A stretch of DNA of 64,000 nucleotides from NCBI GenBank assembly GCA_030248215.1, contig JASANG010003345.1:124001-188000 (forward strand), given 5' to 3'. Shown here piece by piece: positions 12,287 to 22,989 of this stretch. Under the pieces are notes generated by a model that saw only the letters and a program-made list of their open reading frames with translations, did not search any database and was not told the DNA's origin. Every line of letters begins with the position of its first letter. The first letter of the stretch is position 1. Position numbers and translations under genes: made by a program. Source of the DNA: Enoplolaimus lenunculus (Eukaryota).

Positions 12287-13646
12287 GTGCCTAAAATATC
12301 TGCTGTTCGCTTCTCAAACGCCGCCAAGAAAAGCTTTTGCAATCACGAACAGTTTGACGCCAAACCAAATAGCGACGTTTTTGCCGACATTTCTCAACAT
12401 TTTCGTACGATTTCTATCAACAACGAATTCGCAACACATTTCGCCGCCAAAGTTTCGCTTCAAAATTGTGTCAATGATACGCATAAATCCACAAAAGATC
12501 ACGATAATACAACTCTTAGCGGTGATACAAGTTTTAGCCAGACATCAAACGGTACTGCTTGCACAACAGAGAATAAATATTTGACACCTGTTTCATCAAC
12601 GCGCTGTGATCAGTGTAGTTGCCAAAATTGTGCCACTTCGAACTTCAGTACTTCAGCAGCACCAGCTCGTATCCGCCGGTACCGTCAAGAGATAGCAACC
12701 AAGCGAAAATTTATTTCCGGTTCGTTTTCCGGCAGTCGTAGCCAAGCAGCTTCTGTACCGTGGCATTTTGTGCTGTTTTTAATTGTTTTTGTTTTATTTG
12801 TTGTGGTCACAATTCAAATTTCGGTTATATATGCGTACGGAGGGTTAAGCGCGAAGTTATGGCGGACTTCAGGCAAAGGGCCCGACAACGGTAAATTGGG
12901 CACAAAAGGAGGCATCGAACGGTCTCGAAGACATTATAAGGGTAAATCTGGGCCACTGTCGCTATCAGAAGGGTTGGAAGACGATGTCTCCGGTGAAATG
13001 GTACATTTTGATCCAGCTACTGGTGTCGCCGGTGGATCGTTGACCCTTTCTTTAGGAGGACCCGATGGGTTTATATCTCGGTGGCCTCCAGCGATAGTAA
13101 CTCGCTCGGTACCAACGGTCAATTTTAAAGCGTTGCTGAAACGTGACGTACCGACGATTGAGAATAACATGGCGAACGCAAGACAACGTGCAAATGCAAA
13201 TGAAATTAACGCAATTATAAAGTCACGTGCGCAGCGTTTTAGTGACGTTAATGGCCCGATAGATGAGATACTCGGTGTTGATGATGGGAACCAGGGGAAT
13301 AGCGCAACGCATCCTGCTACCATCACCACTGGAGCGGAACCGCTTCAAACAAACGGAAATGATAATTCTACAGCTAATAATCAAAGCATTTTTCTTCCGT
13401 TCAATGGCCAAAATACAATTCAACAAAACGTACCTTTCAACGTTATACTTCAATTGGTTCGAGGCAAAGCGGGACTGGCTCGGAAGTTAAACAGTGGGGA
13501 CTACTTTAGGACGGCTGATAATCGGGTAATCCAAACATGGGTAGATTCAGTAGCTCAAGGCAGAACAATGACAAAAGAAAGTGATACCAACGGGTCAAAT
13601 GCGACAACAACTTTAATGGAATGCTCTGTTGCACCGGCCGGGTTAC
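12287..13646 (+). CDS. GT7 paralog B exon 1 (long tail, TM, stem); 5' boundary uncertain
   Basis: Frame is open from 12248, after TGA 12245-12247. TM at ~12761-12838. Ends ECSVAPAGL with donor C|GTAAGT. Confidence 0.7.
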
Positions 13647-16600
13647 GTAAGTATGCTTGTTGTGTCGTGAATTTGGTATAAACACGTTGACTTTTAATAG
13701 CTGTCGAATATCTTGCAATTTCAACTATTGAAATTTACTTATATACGGCTATAACTCTGGCTTTAACTCCCGTATCAAGCGGAATCGCAGACTATGGTTG
13801 AGATGAAAATGGTTACGGTGTGTTACGTACGACCCATCTTCATCCATGAAAAATTCATCTATGACCCGACTAGACCTACGATCCGTTAGCCAAGTTAACA
13901 TTTAATGCCAAAATATTTTTCAATTTGATAAGCCTTTAACCATGCTCTAAATAAGCATTCCAAGCATGAATTACCTCTGGACATAGGTCACATGGGTTAA
14001 ACCTTTGGCCCATGCCTCTTCCTTACCCCTCAAAAATAGTAAAATTTTGACCTATCGAACTACAACCAACGACCCAATTGAATCTGAAAAACGCATAAGT
14101 AGGTTTTGACCTAATCTATAATATTCCTGCTAATATTAGATAACTTTAAGAATTCACAAAGATAATACGCGGTTGGTAACACAATACTTGACTCGTTGCT
14201 ACTACTTACTAAAATATGGTTGCTTGCAATAGTGTTGCCGCTTCTGTGGACACCTCTTTGGCCACTTGTGAAAAATTTCTTGACAATATTATTAATTCTT
14301 TGTTTGCCAAATTTTTACTCATAGTTTAACTTAAACCTAAACTTTTACCTGCAATTTATTAATCAGCTATCTTATACTAACTTGGGATTTTACGATGGAT
14401 TAAATATGTTTTAAACTGCTGTGAGTATACAGTTGTTCGATCCAGAATTTGTCGATAGTGAAACTCGTTTTAAGCTTTGAATTGTCAAACGCAGACGTCA
14501 GATAGTCAGCTTAAAATTTTTATAGCTTTTCAAACAGACCCGTAACCAGCTCACCTTGGTAGGGGGGACTAAAACTTTTTCAGGTTGTGGCATTCAAGAG
14601 TTTTCAATGACTTACAAGCAAGGTTGCAAATTTTCTAGGGAGGGGGGCAAAATGTTATCAGGGGGGCTGAGCCCCTACTGCCCCCTTTGGCTACGAGCCC
14701 GTCTTCAAACCAGCACTGTGAACAATGCAGTGCTTTTGTGGTTATACGTTCTACTGAGTGCAAAATTTTTCCAAATTTGTGACGTATCAGCGTTCAATTT
14801 TGAAGTCATAGACAAGGATGTCAATTTTCTGCTGCTAATAACATTACACCTCAAAAATTATGACATAATGTAGCATTTTGTCGTATTTAAACGTAGGGAG
14901 TAAACAAAGGCTAAGGCATATGTAAGACTATTCCTCAGCTGAAGCCAATTCCTAAACCGGCCCATGTAAATATCAGGGTTACGCGACTGCCTTGAAGTAA
15001 GCTTAAGTTTTAGATATATGTTTGCTTAGGCTTTGGCTTAGGTTTAGGTATAAGCTCATTTTTATGCTTTAGCTTATACTTAAGCTTAGTATTATGCAAG
15101 ATGCTTATACTAGTGTTACGGTTCTGTTCCAAATACTCGCCTCTAAGCCTAGCCTAAACGTAAATGTGTGGGAAATTGTACAAGAGTGTACAGTTCTAAT
15201 GTTTACGATAAATCGTGCATGTCATTTAAGAAGTTTGCTTCTTGCCAGGATTGGAAGCAAAAATATTATTCAAAACGTAGTTATATACCCTCATTAATAG
15301 CTTTATGGCTGCAGTTGTCTAAACTTGCTCAGTCTTATGCTTAGGCTTAGATCCAATGTATCCTTTAATTGTACATAACCCATTTCGCCAGTCAGAACCT
15401 TTGAATGCGTATTTTATTTAATCAAACAGCAACTTTCAAACTGAGATTTGAACCCCGGTCTCTCGCGTGGCAGACGGTTTTACCATAACCACTCAGCTAT
15501 ACAGGATCGTAACGTTTGTTCAGGACGAAGAAAAAGTGTTACGTCTGGTGGAGAATTTTATCTATGATTTCAGAAGGTCCCGTATTCGCAGACGCCAACC
15601 ACAGCCATTTTGATAACTACTCAGTTGAAACAATTCTCGCGGCGACACCTGACATCCTCCCTGGCGGCATGTGGAAACCGCTGAACTGTACTCCACGGCA
15701 TCGAGTTGCAATTATCATTCCATACCGCGATCGTCACGAGCATTTAGCGACGCTGTTGGCGCATTTGCATCCAATACTCCATCGGCAGCTGTTGTACTAT
15801 AAGATATTTGTTGTTGAGCAGGTAAGGAGTTTAAACAACGGGCACGTGCAAAGAATATACCAAAATATCTTGAAATGAACCCTCCGCTATCACTGGCGGA
15901 TCCAGAGGAGGTGGGCGGGGGAGCGTACGCTTCTTCGTCAGAAATTTTTTTGTGTTAAAATGGTAAGGTGTCTTCCTACCTTACATGTTTTTACCCTCAG
16001 AAATATTTTTTGAAAAAACACAATTTTTATTGTTGAATTTTTTTGTAATAAAATGATAAGGTCCCTACCTTACAATTTTTCGCCCTAAGAAAATTTTTGG
16101 TGACAAAATGATTAAGGTCCCTACCTTACATTTTTTGCATTTCCTAACATTTGTCAGCCCGTCCCCCGTCAAATTTTTTTGGAGCCGCCTATGTCCGCTA
16201 TCCCTTTGATTTTGGACGTGTCGTTTTGTAAAAGCAAATACTTACGGAAAGCTTTAGTCTCACAGACAGTCGTACATTTTTTCTTGTAATTGTTTAAGTT
16301 TCAAAATGTGCAATTGAATTGAAATTAGAAACCAAACAAATTTTGAAATAATCGCATATACTCACCTCGTGGATTGCAAAATTACTCCATTTTCGTGTGC
16401 AATTTTTATAATCTTCAAAAATGTAATATCTGTAGCGGTGGTTGAAGGACATTTTTAAAATATACAACGTAGAAAGTGGCTGAATGTGCAACTGTAAAAA
16501 AGGTTTTTGCTTTATGCACGCAGAAAACTTTAACTGCAATTGCTAAACTGTTAGATTTAACTGTAAATTATTTCAAAACCAATACAAATTTTAGGCTCAA

Positions 16601-19600
16601 TCGATAAATGCGGTAATTTGTATATTTGATTCGTCAAATTTGTATATTTGATTTGGCTAAATATCGAAATAATCACTTCATTAAATGACTATAACACCTT
16701 CGACCCGAAATCAAAATCGGTCCCAGAATGCGCCCATTAATACATCCAAGGTTTTTCCGGTATATGAGCCCTGTGAGGTTTCACGTTTGCCTGCCGCTTG
16801 CTTAAGTACTACATGAATGGTTAATAGCTTTCGACGACTACTGGGTTTGGTAAGTGGCACAACTATGCCATCGCTAGAACAGTATTTGTAATACCAGAAA
16901 CTATGCTTGGCTAATAATCAGCGTATCGGTATAGCTGTTTCATCCTCATTTGCCGAATTGACCAGTATGCAATATTCGCAACACCTCTGCACGCAGCGTA
17001 GTAAGGTTAATGTGTTGGTTTCCATAAAATAAGACAACCATGAGCGGTGATTAATGCATCAGCCAACTGCAGAAATTGTTCGATAGACGAATGTGAGCCC
17101 TTAGCAGTCTCGAGTGACGATGGCTTGGCTGCGTATTTATTTCAGTTGCTGGCTGACTGTGTTAGTCGTGCAAACCGTGGTCATATCTGTCACATCTTTT
17201 TCGGGTGTCAAAATAGCCGTCACCATTGAATTGGAGTCGACGTGCAAACCGTGGTCATATCTTCCACATCTTTTTCGGGTGTCAAAATAGCCGTCACCAT
17301 TGAATTGGAGTCGACGTGCAAACCGTGGTCATATCTGCCACATCTTTTTCGGGTGTCAAAATAGCCGTCACCATTGAATTGGAGTCGACGTGCAAACCGT
17401 GGTCATATCTTCCACATCTTTTTCGGGTGTCAAAATAGCCGTCACCATTGAATTGGAGTCGACGTGCAAACCATGGTCATATCTTCCACATCTTTTTCAG
17501 GTGTCAAAATAGCCGTCACCATTGAATTAGAGTCGACGTGCAAACCATGGTCATATCTTCCACATCTTTTTCGGGTGTCAAAATAGCCGTCACCATTGAA
17601 TTGAAGTCGACGAGCAAAGCGTGGTCATATCTGCCACATCTTTTTCGGGTGTCAAAATAGCCGTCACCATTGAATTGGAGTCGACGTGCAAACCGTGGTC
17701 ATATCTTCCACATCTTTTTCGGATGTCAAAACAGCCGTCACCATTGAATTGGAGTCGACGTGCAAACTGTGGTCATATCTTCCACATCTTTTTCGGATGT
17801 CAAAACAGCCGTCACCATTGAATTGGAGTCGACGTGCAAACCGTGGTCATATCTTCCACATCTTTTTCGGGTGTCAAAATAGCCGTCACCATTGAATTGG
17901 AGTCGACGTGCAAACCATGGTCATATCTTCCACATCTTTTTCAGGTGTCAAAATAGCCGTCACCATTGAATTGGAGTCGACGTGCAAACCGTGGTCATAT
18001 CTTCCACATCTTTTTCGGATGTCAAAACAGCCGTCACCATTGAATTGGAGTCGACGTGCAAACCATGGTCATATCTGCCACATCTTTTTCGGGTGTCAAA
18101 ATAGCCGTCACCATTGAATTGGAGTCGACGTGCAAACCGTGGTCATATCTGCCACATCTTTTTCGGGTGTCAAAATAGCCGTCACCATTGAATTGGAGTC
18201 GACGTGCAAACCGTGGTCATATCTGCCACATCTTTTTCGGGTGTCAAAATAGCCGTCACCATTGAATTGGAGTCGACGTGCAAACCATGGTCATATCTTC
18301 CACATCTTTTTCGGGTGTCAAAATAGCCGTCACCATTGAATTGGAGTCGACTTTACGCGTCAGCATTTCCGTGTTCGCTCGTATTGAGATATTTAGTAAC
18401 GAAATCGTTTGGAGGAAGAGACGAGTTACCCATGTCGCGAGTCTGTTCGCTGTTAAAGCCGGTGTTGGTTTATGCTTTCCTAGTGATGACACTTATTTAG
18501 GATAAAATCGATTAAACCAATGGTTCTGTTTGCTGTTGGTTGTACGTTTTCTGCCATCTTGTCAGGGTTTTAAACATATTTATGAGCGCGTCGTTCACAG
18601 TTTCCACAGTTGACGCGTAGCAAGATAGTTCGAGCTGAAGCAATCCTTCGAGATGTGCTAATATGACATCCATGGCCAGCAATTCCTTCAACCTTTTTAA
18701 CGATGCTTGCTGCTGATTGGCCCACAGCCAAGGTGGATTGTTTTTTGCGACCATTTGAGTGATTCTGTAATTGTCGCCAGGTTTCGTAAAACCAGGTTAT
18801 AAAATTGACCAGAACCAAGAAATGACTGCTCGTTCGAAACGTCATAAGATGGTTGCCATTTGCTGAACGGCGTGTGCCATGCACCCATTGGCTACTCCAA
18901 CCGACGATAGTGTAAATTTAGGATGGTCGATCTCGGGCTGCGCAATCGTGCATTTCGCCAACCGGCATCTCAACTCGTTTTCGTTCACTCGTTGCAAAAA
19001 GTATCGCAGATTTTCAAGCTGATTCGCTGCGTTTCTTCCGCTTTATTTGAAGATATCGTCGAAATAGACACCGACTCCATCAAGGCTCGCTGTCAGTTAC
19101 TCTACGATTTGATAAAATTATCCGGGAGCCGATTTGATCCTAGAAGTAAAAGAACCACCCCCGGTGCGTACTGAGCGCTAGCTTTTTCTAACTGGCCGAT
19201 AACAACTCGAGCTGATTATTACTCGTCCGTCAAATCTGTTTTTGTAAACCTGTAGCCTCCTGAGAGCTTCCAAATTAGATTTCCAAGTAGATGAATTTGC
19301 CTTCAATGGTATCCTAATTGGGAGTTTCTCCGTGACCGAATACAACTATTCCTATAGTATTCTGTAATCGGGTGTAAACTGAACCGAGTACCGCAGCCAC
19401 AAATATTCATATACGAGTAGCAAATGTCATCAGTGCGGTATTACTGAGCACATGGAAACAATTTGTCTAAAAAAGAAAAAAAGGTCTATCAAGGCTGTTA
19501 TTGATTTAGTACGATCATGCAATCAAGCGATACTATCATGGTCGTGAATTCAATTTCGCTGCTGGTGCAGGCACTATGAATCAGTGATATTCTGTGCACT

Positions 19601-22600
19601 ATCTTCAAGTTCGGAATTTTGCAGTATGTGCCAAACTTGACGTCCAACTGTTCAGACATTTATTCTGATGCATTTGGGTGTTAAACCGCTTTTTATATGC
19701 TACCTTAGAGATTAGACTACACAAATGTTCACACTTGATAGGTTTCACTTTCTTTTTACGCTCACGATTAGCCTTATGCATTAGCTAAGGTATATTGTCA
19801 CGGTTAGGTTAATGATAGGTTTTTAAAGTTAACATTTACTATTTCTGTTATAGTTTGGCACAGACACATTCAACAAAGCTCGAATTATGAATATTGCATT
19901 TATGCACGCGTACGAGCAAGACACACGATGGGATTGTGTCATTTTTCATGATGTTGATCTGATTCCGGAAGACGATAGAAATATGTACAGTTGCCCTGAA
20001 CAGCCACGACATATGAGCCCTGCGATTGACAAATTTAATTATGTGTAAGTTTCTCGTGGACAGCCCCTTAATACGGAATTTTTATTTTGATGGGATACAA
20101 GATTTACCGAAGAGACAAGGAAAATTTTGCTAATTTAAAATTGTTTTAATGCAGTTGAAAAAATATGCGCCAAGTAAAAGACGACGTTGTTTGTAATCAA
20201 GCCCCCAGGTAGCTGCGAGCATGACATTGAAGAAGAATGCTCGTTTACTATACGGCAAATATATTATGTTTTCTTAAATTGTAAACCTACCGGTCTACTC
20301 TACGCTGCTGCTCAATCTAATTATGTTTCGTTGCTTGAAAGGTTTGTAATCAGCCACCCCCCGTACCCATCATTAGGGGCCCCACACCTAAAGGAGCTTC
20401 CACTCTAACAGGTTGAAACAAAACCCACCGAAGTTTAAAAATGCGCCTGGCTTCTCGCTTGCTTCGTGCTTCGCTCGCAATTTTGGGGCCCCACACCCGG
20501 AAGTTTGGGGGAGTCCCTACCCCTGTCTATTCCGGCACTGCATATTTGAGACATTACTTGAAACCTTTTGTTCAATAATCATATAAACTTCACAGTGTTT
20601 TACGATAACATTTTCAAGTACTGCGTTAACAAATTTGGATTTGTTTTTGTTTTTAGGAATCCATACGAGGAATTGGTTGGTGGAGTTCTTGCGATACGGA
20701 CCAATCATTTTTTCAGCGTTAACGGGTACTCGAATTTATACTGGGGTTGGGGTGCTGAAGACGATGATATGGCATCGCGGTGAGTTTTGTGAACAATCCA
20801 GAGCTGGCGGACGACCCTGCAGGAAAGCAATATGTATCCCCGGACTGGCACAACCGTTTAAAATTTTTCACTATGAATATGGTTCATCTAAAACTCACAA
20901 TATGTACTCTCGAGCCATATAAATGAAAAATATTGTGAGGTTATCACAAAATTCAAATTTATGCGAATGCTAATTATTCAATTTAAAAATATTAAAAAAT
21001 TTGTTAAAAACGCTCTTTTAAACTGTATAATTTTATAAAACAAAAAGTAGACCTATCCACCGAAAAATTATAGATATGTCATTGCTCATACCAAGAGTGC
21101 ATGATACTGTTAACAAGAGTATACAACTGGGTATATTCTGTATAGAAAACAATGTACCCGGCACGCGTTGCATTTTTGGTCTTCCCACCTTACTTGAGGG
21201 ATCAAAATTTTCAGTGATCATTATATATGCGTTGCAGTCCCATATGTTCATACGTACTTCGTTTATATTCGTAACCGGTCGAAACAATATAGTATGCAAT
21301 CAAGCTAAATTCGACCCCCCTGCACAAGGGGGGTGTAAGGCGAAAACACAACGCGTGCTGGTATATTTTGTACCATGCGCCGCTCAGCTAGTTGCACATT
21401 CTCGCTTCATTCACTCTTACTCATATATATTTAGGGGCGTAAATAAGGTGGTCAGGTTCAAAAAAGTTTCGCCGACTTCAACGATATTTGAAACAATTGT
21501 TTTTGTTAACTAAATATTAAAAATCAAATGTCCTTATGTAAAATTAGAGTGACCGTGCTTAAATTAAACTCCAGGCTACTTTTATGTTTACTACCAGATT
21601 AAACAATACTTTGTATGTTTGAGGGCTGCTGTTGGCTCCTGTACACGTTTTACCACACACAGGCTAAGGCAGGCTTAGGATTAGGTTTGAGAAAAAAAAT
21701 TGCTTAACCTCTAAACCTCTAAACCTTTGTCAAAACTTTTATCTTAGAAAGGCCTGAACCTAAGCCTAGCCTAAACACAGCCTAAAGATTAAATATTAGG
21801 AAAGTGTACAAAAACCCTAGTGTATTGCAGCTTGATAGTAATTAATGCGCAACTGTTTCGTATTGTTTTTACACATTTTAATTGCACAGCTATTTTTTGT
21901 TAGCATTACACATGTTGGCCTTAAAATTATCCGTCCACCGGCTCAAGTTGCTCGCTACAAAATGATTCGACACGTTAAACGACCTCCAGTTGATGGAAGA
22001 TTAAGGTACGTTTACAGTTTATCCATATTTCTTATTTTACTTCAGTATTAAAATTTATTTTCTCAATTTGAAACTTTTTCTCATCTATATTATTAAAGCT
22101 GGAACGCACCGCATACGTATTTTGGGCACCATTGAAGCTATTGTTGTTGTGTGCAAATCAGAATACAAGTAAACAGTTTGAAAGCCAATTAAACATGATG
22201 TAGTAAAGAACTAAAATTGTGTGAAGTTAAAGCAAATTTAACGAAAACTATTGCGCTGTGATAAACAACAAATGGGTTTTGCTTTTTTTTTGTTGCATAG
22301 GAAAAACACGGTACTGGTTGTAAAAGAGGACAGAATATTCATTTTGAACGGAAATAAGTGGCGGATCCAGAGTTTTCTGGTGGAAAGAATACTTTTTGTG
22401 TTCTAAAATTTCACACTTTTTAAATTTTACAAGAGTTTCTATATTTTAAGAACGATGAAATACGCCAAAGGCGCAAATACTTTAAATCCTTATTATAACC
22501 TCGCCATATTTTTTACCTGTTTGACTGAAAAACACCATTGTGAGTTGCAATTGAATTATTTGAGTTGGCAAACTTTTAAACCCGGCCAGATCGGCTGTAG

Positions 22601-22989
22601 GGTATATACATCTTCTCCCCCCTGGATTCGCTATGCAACTGAAGATCAGTTTCGGTTTATTTTGGATTTCTAAAAAAACGGACGCCTAAGTCGTATTGAT
22701 ACAAAACACAACAATTTCCATATTCTACTAAAAGTAAATACCTGCCTAATGTTTGTTTTCCTATTTTCAGTGTTTGATCTCACTATTTGTTCCCGGTATT
22801 TTGTGCTATCCGTTTACACCGTAGCAGTTACGTTTCAGGTATCGACTACTATTCACTGGTTTGCGGCGCTACAAAATTGATGGGTTAAACAGTCTGGGAA
22901 CGCTAAATTATACCATTCTCTACGTTAAACAGAGACCTCTGTTTGAACACATTATGGTCGATATTGGCAAGCCACCTCCAGGATTTTGA
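12287..22989 (+). CDS. GT7 paralog B: beta-1,4-N-acetylgalactosaminyl/galactosyltransferase, BRE-4-like; join(<12287..13646,15574..15821,19854..20044,20657..20779,21904..22005,22839..22989); start codon unresolved
   Basis: All introns are GT-AG with compatible phases (1,0,2,2,2). The spliced product has a type II TM (WHFVLFLIVFVLFVVVTIQISVIYAY) and the GT7 motifs VAIIIPYRDR, FNKARIMN, FHDVDLIPEDDRN, PRHMS, NGYSNLYWGWGAEDDD, KMIRH and DGLNSL. Stop TGA at 22987-22989. Confidence 0.9.
14535..14701. mobile_element. hAT-like MITE (CAGRCCCGTA...TACGRGCCYG)
   Basis: Inverted termini with near-identical 8-bp flanks TTTTCAAA/TCTTCAAA. Relatives at 54827-54992, ~49540-49690 and ~50517-50670. Confidence 0.6.
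15441..15503 (-). pseudogene. tRNA-Gly(GCC)-derived pseudogene or SINE head
   Basis: Minus strand GTATAGCTGAGTGGTTA...CCGTCTGCCACGCGAGAGACCGGGGTTCAAATCTCAG has A-box, B-box and a Gly-like anticodon arm, but no acceptor stem. Confidence 0.5.
15574..15821 (+). CDS. GT7 paralog B exon 2
   Basis: TTTCAG|AA GGT CCC...; GPVFADANH...PGGMWKPLNCTPRHRVAIIIPYRDRHEHL...IFVVEQ; donor GTAAGG. Confidence 0.93.
15891..16193. mobile_element. hAT-like MITE with 8-bp TSD
   Basis: TCCGCTAT|CACTGGCGGATCCA...TGGAGCCGCCTATG|TCCGCTAT, with internal ~50 bp subrepeats containing TAAGGTCCCTACCTTACA. Confidence 0.75.
16700..19430 (-). mobile_element. Decayed Ty3/gypsy pol fragment (RT - RNase H - integrase N-terminus) in intron 2 of paralog B
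   Basis: Minus-strand motifs in order: GIKSAPG, LDGVGVYFDDI (~19050-19085), SFLGSGQFY..LRNLATITESL, PWLWANQQQASLKRLKELL..VILAH, TANRLATW, TSEHGNADA*SRL (~18345-18382), LRAEVLRILHTGQFG/RMKQLYRY (~16921-17002). Many stops and frameshifts; ends are approximate. Confidence 0.85.
17168..18351. repeat. Minisatellite, 16 x 74 bp
   Basis: Unit GTGCAAACCGTGGTCATATCTTCCACATCTTTTTCGGGTGTCAAAATAGCCGTCACCATTGAATTGGAGTCGAC repeated head-to-tail with few substitutions; 1184 bp = 16 x 74. Confidence 0.97.
19854..20044 (+). CDS. GT7 paralog B exon 3 (DXD motif)
   Basis: TTATAG|FGTDTFNKARIMNIAFMHAYEQDTRWDCVIFHDVDLIPEDDRNMYSCPEQPRHMSPAIDKFNY|GTAAGT. Confidence 0.95.
20657..20779 (+). CDS. GT7 paralog B exon 4 (WGWGxEDDD)
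   Basis: TTTTAG|NPYEELVGGVLAIRTNHFFSVNGYSNLYWGWGAEDDDMASR|GTGAGT. Confidence 0.95.
21904..22005 (+). CDS. GT7 paralog B exon 5
   Basis: TGTTAG|ITHVGLKIIRPPAQVARYKMIRHVKRPPVDGRL|GTACGT. Confidence 0.92.
22839..22989 (+). CDS. GT7 paralog B exon 6 (terminal)
   Basis: TTTCAG|YRLLFTGLRRYKIDGLNSLGTLNYTILYVKQRPLFEHIMVDIGKPPPGF*. Confidence 0.92.

Noticed and set aside
17168..18351. 74 bp array as a CRISPR-like repeat-spacer locus, and its short ORFs as genes
   Set aside because: Units are identical along their whole length, with no unique spacers and no cas genes. The context is a eukaryotic intron, and the ORFs are by-products of the repeat.
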